From: a virus | Lineage: Duplodnaviria; Caudoviricetes | Length of the DNA stretch: 64,000 nucleotides | Reading direction: 5' to 3' (one strand) | Virus record (IMG/VR): IMGVR_UViG_3300050336_000170 | Span: 1 to 64,000 of that record | Shown here: positions 33,955 through 43,697 of the stretch, one piece after another | Numbering within the stretch: position 1 is the stretch's first letter | Layout: each line of letters starts with the position of its first letter | Program-made: the position numbers and the translations under genes | The notes under the pieces: model-generated | Database searches by the model: none | Seen by the model: the letters and a program-made list of their open reading frames with translations, nothing else | What the model was told of the DNA's origin: nothing

Positions 33955-36900
33955 TTATTCACTTATATCTAGCGAATAACTATCATAATACTTCGACCAA
34001 TTTCTAAACTTAGTTAAACCACGCTGTCCTGTACTACCTCCGTTCTTATCGCTTACCATAATTAAAATATATTTAGGGTCTACTGGCAACCATCCATTAG
34101 GAATTAATGATAATAAAAAATCTTCATTTATGTTGTCTTCTGCTAGATATACATTTTCTATATTTTCGTTCATTTCGATTTCTTTAATAAGTTCGTGAAC
34201 ACCATAATGCCTATGCCTTAGTTGTATTTTCATAATTTCTTCCTCTCTTTCACCTGATAGAAACAGCATTTGATCTTGTTTAGCCCATATCATCTTCATC
34301 TACTTCAACAGCAAACTCATCGGCAAGTTCATATCCGTCAAAAATAAGACCAAACATCTTGTCAAACGCTTCAGTTAAATATGTGTCACCGTTTTCTTGA
34401 TTGCATTCCTCAACAATATGCTTTGCACAGAATTCCGCAAATTGCTTACTTCTACCACGCAGAATTTTCATATTGTAATTATCAGGACAGTTATTAAAAG
34501 CAAAAACAAGATTCTTAATAGGTATTTCAATTTTAAGCTTTTCGTTTGTTAAGATGCTGGTAAAACCAGAGTTTTCAAACTTATTCATTATCTTCCCCAT
34601 CGTCATCTGTGTCTTCTGGATCTTCACCTTCTTCATATTCATACATTGATTCTTCGTCACCTGTATAAACCTTAGTGCCACAGTTTTCACAAATGAATTC
34701 ATGGCACGAAAACAACGACAAATCTACAACTGGAATTCCGTTCTTTGGCTCAACAGAATAATCGGACACAAAACCATCATCAATAATTGTCTCTCCACAA
34801 AGAGGACATGTAACTGCCATAATAAAATTTACCATAATTAAAAATCCTTTCAATATGTTGTTATTATAATTTGTTTAATATACTATATGTAGTTGCTAAA
34901 TCACCATAGAATTGTTGATTTATTGGTTTTCAAAATAGTATTTTGCCAATACTTTAATTGCATCATTAATTTTTGATCTTTTGTCTTGACTATATGTATA
35001 ATGAAAGCCAGTTGTAAATTCTCCAATACTGATTTCTGTTGAACCATACGCAAAATGTTCACTATATAAAGTGCAATCATCGCACTGGTACAAAGATTCT
35101 TCTGTTCCATAACTACTTGCACTACGATATTTTTCTACTAAAGTTGCACCGCAAACAGGACAATTCATTTAATCACCTCTTTTATTTAAACCAATGAAAT
35201 CGGTCTTCTATCTGCTTTCAAATTCTCTACATAAATTATTAAATATAGTTTGGTCAAAAGCCTTGTTTTTATTTTTCTTAGTACAAGTCCATTCTTTATT
35301 GAACTGAGCATATGTAAGTTTTAAATATTTACATTTCCTACAAGTGTGATTAAATTCGCTCATGTTGTCTTATTACCTTTTTGTAATACTGGCGATCTTT
35401 CACACCAGTCAGCATCACATTTTTCACACGGTATATAGCCTCTCCTGATCTGAAAATCGACAATTGGATATTCAATACTCAAAGTAATTAGATACCATAG
35501 TGCTTTAAATACATTATTTGTCTGCCTATCAAATTCGTAGTCGCATGTTCCATTACGCATAAATCGAATTATATATTTACATCCCATAATTAATTTCCTT
35601 TCACTATGAAATAGTTCTTTTATTTGCTTACAATATTATTTCCTTAAACTCTGGTAATTCTTCATGCACAACTATACCTCTTACGATAGGTGTTTCAGAT
35701 AAATATATTTTTCTTAATGCGGCATTTTCAACTGATTCCTTTGCAATTTTCAAAGCATTCTTAATTGTAGTTGTACTTCCCCATGTTGACCAACAATAAC
35801 CAGTATCATCACTATAAAGCCATCCTAATTTATAATCATCTTTACAAAACTTTGCATCCTTTTGTTTTGCAATAAGTAATGGAGCATATCCTCTCATTTA
35901 AAAGTTCTCCTTATAAATATTTATATCTAGTATCAATAAAAAGTTCTTCTTTAGGATATGGGATAGGTAAATTGTACATTTGTATATAACTTCCATAAGC
36001 ACCACTCCAACTTCCTGTTCCCCATAAATAAGGACTTCCATACCCGTTAAAATGTGTGATATGATATGCTGGTTTTTCACAACATTGCCAATGTGGAATT
36101 TTAAAACAATTATCTTTTGTAATATTTTTATGAATGTCTTTTAGACTCCAATGAAAATCACAAGCATTATTAATATCTTCCAATGTTTTTCCTTCATTAA
36201 GCAATTTGTTTGCAAGTTTTTCTCGATTATGTATTCTTTCACAATCCAATGCTAAATTTTCGATAGTAAACGCTTCTCCGCAATATTCACATATATACAT
36301 TTCTTTTTTTATCATATAATTCTCCTAATAAAATGGCTCTTTCATTTTGTATTATCAATATTCATTATAAATTCCAAAAGTGTACTTTGAGTTTGCTGAA
36401 TAACGTCAGCACAATTTTTTAATGCTTCATATAGTTCTTTTGTAGTGACTTGATGATTTGAAGGTATTTTATGTATTTCACTGATCCACTCTTCAGCCAA
36501 TCTTCGCTCGTCTGTACTAAGCCACTTCTGCCAAGCACCACAATCAGAACAATATAATCCTACCTGAGAACCATTTTCTTTTATAAAAAGTTCTGCACTT
36601 CCACATTTTCTACACGCAAATGTTTTTATTTTAATTCACCACCAGTAATAATTTTTATGTATGATAAATCATATCAGCTAATTTCTTTTTACAACTAGGA
36701 CATAGATTAACTTTACATTTGTCCAAGCTAACTTTAGGCATTAGAACATAACTCCCTAATCCACCTCTTGCATCTAACCACATAGGAAAGTCATATGTTT
36801 CTTCCGTTGCGTCATCACTTTTACAAATATTACATCTAAATATAATCATTTTTCACCATCAAATTTCACTTTCATCTGTTTTTATACTTCTTTGAGTGGA

Positions 36901-37085
36901 CACCAGCTAGGTCTAACATATGCTTTATTTCCACTTTCAACTTTTTGCATTTCAAGTACTTTGTTTGTTATAGAGCAAATTCTATTATAGCTATATTGAC
37001 CTTCTAAATAACTCAATTTACATTTTGCACAGTTATCTGGAATTCTCTTTAATTTCGTTTCTGCAATAATCATATTCCTCACCAA
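33955..37085 (-). CDS. Run of small hypothetical ORFs, many CxxC zinc ribbons
   Basis: 34280..34588, 34581..34853, 34920..35168, 35360..35587, 35628..35897, 35911..36315, 36655..36849, 36882..37085. Confidence 0.65.
34851..34892. promoter_or_regulatory. Tandem NrdR-box-like motifs
   Basis: CAATATGTTG (34851) and CTATATGTAG (34883), 32 bp apart, upstream of a zinc-ribbon ORF with acidic tail (34581..34853). Confidence 0.5.
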
Positions 37086-37094
37086 ATCTTACTT

Positions 37095-37976
37095 TTATCG
37101 ATTGTGTTCTTTCATCCATTGCTGAACATACCATAGCTGTCCACAACCACCACCTATGTCATCTTGACCATCAGGGTTAAATACCCTTGTATTGTATCCA
37201 TGCTCAATAAAGTACTGCGTGAACTTATTTATCTCGTCTAAATTCTTATATCCTGCATCCTTCATGGTTTCATCAGCACTACAGACTACGCTAAAAGTAA
37301 AATTAAAAACAGCAGGAGAAAACATCATATATAATTTCAAGAAGTCTCCATGTTTATTGTTTATTCCATCAATACAATAGTTAAGGTAAGGTTTACGTCC
37401 AGTCTCTTTCCACCACATCATACCTGCGTCTCTCAACTTGTATAAACTCATTTTGTTTTTAAATGGAATAAGCTTATCTCTATCAAAATCATTTGATTTA
37501 TGTATTGAGAACTGTAATCCGACCTTATCTATATCTTTTGATAATTGAATTATTCCTCTGTATGCCACATCATCATCAACACCAATTGTTGATAGTAGAA
37601 GCTCTGCATTAGGGTACAAAGTATGTAATCTTCTAACAGCCTCTTCAACATTGTCCCAATTAAGCATAGGTTCTCCCATGCTCATGAACATGATCTGGAA
37701 TCGCTTCCCTCTTGAATTGACATTTTCGATATCTTTATCGTATAGGACTGTTTTGATTTGATCCACAATTTCTTCATCAGTCAAATTTCTAATGAATCGT
37801 TTTCCTGTACCACAAAAACTACATCCTACAGGGCAACCGCTCTGTGTAGAACAACAGATAACTGTTCTTTCATAGTAATCGCCGTATTTATATAATACTG
37901 TCTCAGCAACATAATCATTTTCTGCGAACACATACTTAGATACATTACCTTCGATACTTTCAAATACTTTAAACAT
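37095..37976 (-). CDS. RlmN/Cfr-family radical SAM RNA methyltransferase (lacks the N-terminal domain)
   Basis: ICCSTQSGCPVGCSFCGTG (CxxxCxxC), RNLTDEEIVDQI, MSMGEPMLN, SIH, DIGGGCGQL (resolving Cys). Confidence 0.88.
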   Translation of the reverse strand: MFKVFESIEGNVSKYVFAENDYVAETVLYKYGDYYERTVICCSTQSGCPVGCSFCGTGKRFIRNLTDEEIVDQIKTVLYDKDIENVNSRGKRFQIMFMSMGEPMLNWDNVEEAVRRLHTLYPNAELLLSTIGVDDDVAYRGIIQLSKDIDKVGLQFSIHKSNDFDRDKLIPFKNKMSLYKLRDAGMMWWKETGRKPYLNYCIDGINNKHGDFLKLYMMFSPAVFNFTFSVVCSADETMKDAGYKNLDEINKFTQYFIEHGYNTRVFNPDGQDDIGGGCGQLWYVQQWMKEHNR

Positions 37977-39817
37977 TATTACTCCTTATAAAATAGCCAT
38001 TCTATCAATTACACTCTTCATTTTCTTCAAGCATCTTTGTGTATTTATCAATTGCGATTTTTAATTGTGATCTATGAATTTCAACATACTGTCTATAATA
38101 TTGAGTGTCCTCTTTTAATAATCTTTCTTCTGCATATTTTAGATTTCGTTTTAAATTTCTAATTTCATCAATAATATAGTTTTCCAAAGGCTTAGTATTA
38201 AACTCTATTGTATAATTTGTTTGCCTAACAAAATGTCTTTCACAATTTCCGCAATAATCTTCCTGCCAATCATCCTGACCTCCGTAATCTTCAGCTTCTA
38301 CGTAATTTTTATGTCCACAATACGGACATACAGCTTCAGACTCATAGGAACAAGCTAAATCATCGTATTCTTTTGGTTTAAGCTTTTCTAAATCTATTGC
38401 CATTTTCTATTTTCCTTTCTTAATTCACTATGAAATAATCTTTCTATCGGTTTTTTATCTTGTCAATAATTTTTAATATTGCAATCAAATCTGCTTCATA
38501 TTCTGATATAGTTTCTGCACATGCTTCAATATAAAACTCTTTACTATTTATGTTGTGAGTCTTATACCAAAGCAAATCTTCTCTTTGTTCGTTTATTTTC
38601 TCTTGTATATAATTCTTTTCCTTAGTCAAACTTGCATGAATATATCTTAATTCTTCGTTATCAAATTCCATATAGATTATTCCTTTCATATATATTTCCA
38701 ATCCTTAAACAGATTATTGATTTTGCCCATACACTCTTTTCTTCTGTTCCATTCCTTTTTACCATGTAGTAATATTCCTAATTCATTTACAGCTTCTTTA
38801 TCATTACTATAACCTACCATATCTAGATGTCTTTGTAATTCTATTATCCTACTATATTTGTTTTGTTTTCGATTAGATAATGAAGCAATAATAGCAACTA
38901 ATAGACAACCTATACCGATTCCTACTATACTACTAACTATTTGTAATATAATGTGATTCACAATATCACTTCCTTATAAAATATCATTTTCATTGCCACC
39001 ACAATGTATAGCTATACTTCGCACCTACTAGACCACCAGTGAATTGAATATCGTTATCTTTCAACCAGCTCCAGACATCTCCTGAATTAAAAATTATAGG
39101 ATAATCGTTCTTAAAATCGCAGATGTCTACAATATCCTTACCATTAAAAGCTGTCTCATATAACAATTTTTGTAGTTTGTTATATTCCAGTCTTGTTTTT
39201 ACTGTTTTTGTTATGTTTTTTAACTCTTCTCCTAGTTTCAATTTTATACCTCCTAATGAAATGCAAGATTGGTTTATTAAATTTCTACTTCAAAATCTTC
39301 TACTTCTTCTGTACTAACCAGATCAGATTCTCCGTATGCAAAATCATCATCTTGCCATTTTTGTTCTGCTTCTTCTTCATTATCAGCCTCTACATAGTAG
39401 AACGAATTTACTGTGAGCTTATATTTTTTCATTTATATATTTCCTTTCATACAATAAAATATTTATTACTTTCTTTTGCCTTCACTACAATATTTCATAA
39501 TACGGTTTACTGAGTATCCACTATCAGTCCAATCTGATTTTAAAGCGCATGGACAATTTTTATCATATTGGTATTGACACTCAACACAATATACAATATT
39601 TTGTGCTTTTATGATTAATTCTTCGATATCTTCAAATTCACCTAATGATTTATATTGAGCTAATTCTAGTATATTAACAAATCTTTCTGCATCTTCAATA
39701 ACAACTGGTTCAGTCCATCCGCATTGTCTACATATGTTACTATGAAAGTATGGATCATATGAAGCTGTTCTGTGGCATATTGGACAAGTCATATTTTGCA
39801 TCTCCTTAAATCTGTAT

Positions 39818-39846
39818 TTGACATATGTATAAAATAAATCTATAAT
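39818..39846 (+). promoter_or_regulatory. Consensus sigma-A promoter
   Basis: TTGACA-17-TATAAT. Confidence 0.85.
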
Positions 39847-39906
39847 GTGTATACTTCTAATATTCTCAATGATATAACTTACTTAACGAAAGGAATGAAT
39901 AATAAT

Positions 39907-40191
39907 ATGGCAAAAGGTAAAACTCCGTCAACCAAAGACACTATTGTAGAAAAAGTAGGTAGAAAATTTAGACCCCTCCCAGAGCGTCTTGCTGAAATAG
40001 ATAAGAAGATTAAATTTCATCAAGACACAATTGATCGTCTTAACACCAAAAAAGCAAAAATGATTAAAAATGCTACTAATGAAAAAGAGCAAATCAAAAC
40101 GCTGAAAGAGAAGCTTGAGGCAAAAGGCATGAGCATAGAAGACTTGCTCAAGAAGATTGATGAAACGCCTGTTACAATAGTATCCGAATAA
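39907..40191 (+). CDS. Small basic coiled-coil protein, the only convincing plus-strand gene
   Basis: Own promoter, SD GAAAGGAA, ATG at 39907 and terminator; Lys-rich heptad pattern. Confidence 0.8.
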   Translation: MAKGKTPSTKDTIVEKVGRKFRPLPERLAEIDKKIKFHQDTIDRLNTKKAKMIKNATNEKEQIKTLKEKLEAKGMSIEDLLKKIDETPVTIVSE

Positions 40192-40200
40192 TATGTATTT

Positions 40201-40232
40201 GAGCTTGTGGCAACACAGGCTCTTTACTTTTT
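40201..40232 (+). terminator. Intrinsic terminator
   Basis: GAGCTTGTG-GCAA-CACAGGCTC followed by a T-rich tail. Confidence 0.8.
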
Positions 40233-41589
40233 ATTTCCGAAATAAGTACCAACAGCACATCCAATTGGTGCAACCATGATAAATACAACTAGACAGGATA
40301 CATCCATGTATACTATGCTACTTTTATCAAAGTACATCCAGAATGCACCTACAATTGCGCCACTAAACAATGCTATATACGAACTGCTTAATATATTCTT
40401 TTTAAGTGCTTGAAAGTATTTTTTCATAATCTTTACTCCTTTCCTGATGAATCTCACAATTGGTTGTGAAATATTGCAATCCTACGGTCATTTAAATAAA
40501 ACCAACAACCGTCATATTTCATTCCTTTTTCGTCTACATAATAAGCAGCACCATTTGGGTGTAATCCAAACTTATCTTTCAAACCACGTATAATTGCAAT
40601 AAATTTAGTGTGTTTCGATCCTCGTTGTTCTAATTCAACGAATAACTTCCAAACTTCTTCTAAAACCTGATTTACTAAAAAATAATATTCTGTTCTCATC
40701 AATTCCCCTAATCAAAATAATCTTTTATTTGTTAATCAAAATCATCAGACGCAGTACATCTAACGGCTTTGCACTTGTTACATCTGTATATTTTGCTTAC
40801 ATATGTAATTTCAATTGATTCATTTATAAATTCCCACTCATGGTCACATTGATTATATATAATTGCTTCTTCGAAACCTTGCATAATCTCGTCATAATGT
40901 TTACTCATATTAAATTCCTCATTATATCTATTGATTTATTACCTTTTAATCACAGAAATCGTCTTCATCAAACACTATATTTATTTTAATTCCAGTGTTT
41001 TCATCGTGTTCATCTTCATTATCTATACGATCATAGATGTCGTTTATATTTTCAATAAGAAATATGTTATCTAATTGTATAACCAGATATTCATCACTAA
41101 ACCAATGTTTCATTTTCACAAATAGGTTCTTCCTCACCAAACGCGCAATTTATCGACATAACAAGCTTTTAAGTTTTGGGATTTCTTTAAGTTCCCAAGA
41201 ACAATTTCGGTGCTCTATTGCTTCTATCTCTTTTAAGACGTATTCTTTTGCTTTCTCTACAGTCTGTTTCCATGTATAAGGATAATTTAATATTTGGATT
41301 CCGTATTCACAGACTGGCAGTTTTCTTAAAATTGCACTCGCTACTCTCAAAGCCGTTTGATAATCATATGTATATTTTGTGTCACCATAATACTCAACTA
41401 ATCTAGTAGGTACATAATCAACACCATCGTTAATACAATATGAATACTCAAGGTTATCCACAGCTTGCATATGCAATACTCTATATTGATCTTTAAACTT
41501 CATAATATATACGCCGTTATCTGCACTCATGGAATTAAGCCTCCTTATCAAATCTACATTTGCTTGTGATTTGTTTTATATATTTTATA

Positions 41590-41810
41590 TATGTCAGTCC
41601 AACCACCACGTACCGACACGCCTACTCCTGAATATTATGTAGGATACCTCTTGCCTTTTAACCATGCAGACAAATCGTAGTGTTTATTAATAAGACAATC
41701 ATATTTATCACTCAATTTATGATTGAATTTACCGCTATTCCCCACTGTTATTCACGATATGCCCCAACATGTAGTTGCCTTTCGGCATTAAATGTAGTGT
41801 GGTAAGGCAA
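41590..41810 (-). ncRNA. Putative structured non-coding RNA
   Basis: No ORF of 60 aa or more; GC-richer; closing stem TTGCCTT...AAGGCAA (41651-41810) and a GCC-GAAA-GGC tetraloop hairpin on the minus strand. Confidence 0.4.
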
Positions 41811-42124
41811 ATGAAATTAGATATTTATTTACTTAATGATAATCCATATTCGGAAAAATCTCGTATTTCTTTTATGTAAGTATATAATATTGTATCTGAT
41901 TCAAGCCCATCACAACTATCGGCTATGCTTAATATAAACTCCAACACATCTTGCTTTGTTTGCAACTGATCTTTAACTTCTTTACATATGTTCATATCTT
42001 TATTTCTCCTGTTTATTATTAAATGGTAGCCACCTGTTCATGACCAACTACCGCTTCGTGTACTTAGAAGCATATTTATACAGGATTGTCTGGGACACAT
42101 TGTAAAGAGGTGCGACAGGTCTAT

Positions 42125-42211
42125 TGGTGTCGGTGATGCGACTCCAACGCATAAGATCATTTGATCACGGTATTTTAAGTACCGATTGTCTAGCAGTTCC
42201 AACACACCGAC
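42125..42211 (-). tRNA. tRNA-Leu(UAA)
   Basis: Acceptor GTCGGTG/CACCGAC, anticodon arm CGGTA-CTTAAAA-TACCG, long variable arm GATCA-AA-TGATC, T arm ATGCG-TTGGAGT-CGCAT, encoded CCA. Confidence 0.9.
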
Positions 42212-42285
42212 TGGCAGCGATATACTTAGTTGAAAAGTATCCTTGAGAGTCAAATTCTCACATGCTTCCGTTACACCATATCGCC
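42212..42285 (-). tRNA. tRNA-Gln(UUG), non-canonical
   Basis: Acceptor GGCGATA/TATCGCT, anticodon arm TGAGA-ATTTGAC-TCTCA, T arm TACTT-TTCAACT-AAGTA, G discriminator, encoded CCA abutting tRNA-Leu. Confidence 0.85.
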
Positions 42286-42289
42286 ATAT

Positions 42290-42363
42290 TGGTGACTCAT
42301 GAAGGTTACGCTCCTTCGTCTACTGATTAAAAGTCAGTTGCTTTACTATTAAGCTAATGAGCC
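42290..42363 (-). tRNA. tRNA-Lys(UUU), non-canonical T loop
   Basis: Acceptor GGCTCAT/ATGAGTC, D arm GCTT/AAGC, anticodon arm ACTGA-CTTTTAA-TCAGT, T arm GAAGG-AGCGTAA-CCTTC, encoded CCA. Confidence 0.9.
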
Positions 42364-42950
42364 ATATGTAATTAGCCTATACCCTACCCTCCCTATTCTC
42401 TTTCCCCTGAGTTATTACAAGCAGTCCATCCCAGACCTTCAGCGTCCTTGCTTGCCCCTTATGTAAATGAAATATTGAATCTATCTACCGTTACAAAAGC
42501 TACACCTACTAATAACTTCTCCATTATCATAAAATTCTACTAGTTTTCCGAAAAATATCTCAGGATGATTCCAATTATAATCATGATATTTTTGGTTCCC
42601 CTCTTGTGTATAATAAAATTCCTGTTCATATTCTCCATCTGGATCACGTTTAAGTTCAATCATTAACTTTATAATACCGTTTTCAAGCGGAAGCCATTTT
42701 GTCATTTCCTATACCTCCAGATAAAAGCTAGATTTTATCATTATTTTTACTGTTACTTTTATTTAAGTTATGTATATAGTTTTCCAATTGCTCACACTTG
42801 TCTTTGCCACAACATTCTTTTTTGCTACACATTGGACATATAACTAACATAGCTAATCTTAAAGCATTCTTATGTGTCATGTATTTTCTATCCCGTTTTC
42901 TTTTCAAACAATTCATTAAGTATTCTAGGAGCATATTGTTGATTTTCAAC

Positions 42951-43511
42951 TCACATAACCCTACTCATAACTCTACCATTTACAAAATCCTCAATCTTTG
43001 ATTCTAAGAATATGTTGACCATTATAGAATCATTTTTTAATTGTCTCCTATGCACCCTACAATCATGATACTGTTTAGCCATTTTATAACCCTCACTACC
43101 TCCAAACTTATCAGTAAACTCAATGTAGTGTTCTAGATCACATTTTTCCTTTTCTACTCTATCTAGTAATTGTGGTAATTTGTTTTTATACTTTATAAGA
43201 TTAGTATAGAATATTTCAAATTCCTTACACATTAAAATCCAATCATAATCACCATTATCAAATACTGTTTCTGATTCAGTATCGGGAGTATCCTGTGCTT
43301 TGATTTCAATAACTTTCATTACTATGTATTTTTCTAATTTCAGATTCGTTCTATCTCTTGGTGATATCGAATTATTAATAATATTCTGTCCACCATCATA
43401 AGAAAATTTATCTGCCTTAATCTTATCATTAGTCTTAGACCATCTACCTACTTTATCTTTATACAAATATGTGTTACCATCAGTAATCACATAGCTATCT
43501 TCGTCAGTCAT
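42951..43511 (-). CDS. Hypothetical coiled-coil phage protein, first gene after a strong promoter
   Basis: ORF with SD; CDLEHYIEF...GYK...RRQLKN segment; frame continues past the TGA to a TAG at 42888. Confidence 0.7.
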   Translation of the reverse strand: MTDEDSYVITDGNTYLYKDKVGRWSKTNDKIKADKFSYDGGQNIINNSISPRDRTNLKLEKYIVMKVIEIKAQDTPDTESETVFDNGDYDWILMCKEFEIFYTNLIKYKNKLPQLLDRVEKEKCDLEHYIEFTDKFGGSEGYKMAKQYHDCRVHRRQLKNDSIMVNIFLESKIEDFVNGRVMSRVM

Positions 43512-43591
43512 TAATTCACCACCAGTTTATTTATAATAGCATTAATCAATTAAATACTCAATGTTTTTATTTTATTTAACTTATTAATGAT

Positions 43592-43620
43592 ATTATACAA
43601 GACATTTCCAATAATGTCAA
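43592..43620 (-). promoter_or_regulatory. Consensus sigma-A promoter driving the tRNA / array 2 operon
   Basis: TTGACA-17-TATAAT on the minus strand. Confidence 0.85.
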
Positions 43621-43658
43621 CACTTTTTTAATTATTTTATTTGATTAGTAATTATGTA

Positions 43659-43692
43659 TTTCAAAGGACAACGCTATCTTGCCCCTTGAAAT
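43659..43692 (-). terminator. Hairpin after the integrase-fold gene
   Basis: TTTCAAGGGGCA-loop-TGTCCTTTGAAA on the minus strand; weak U tract. Confidence 0.55.
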
Positions 43693-43697
43693 TTGTT

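Larger units (their letters stand above)
28095..42738. repeat. Array 2 of junction palindromes AYVAAA-N6-TTTBRT (about 30 copies)
   Basis: Starts: 28095, 28748, 29912, 30452, 30701, 31311, 31560, 31808, 32111, 33941, 34257, 34906, 35194, 35606, 36328, 36641, 36858, 37081, 37988, 38430, 38976, 39256, 39449, 40447, 40711, 41136, 41547, 41811, 42467, 42721. Confidence 0.9.

Noticed and set aside
42038-42253. 71-aa minus-strand ORF
   Set aside because: Overlaps tRNA-Leu and tRNA-Gln cloverleafs.
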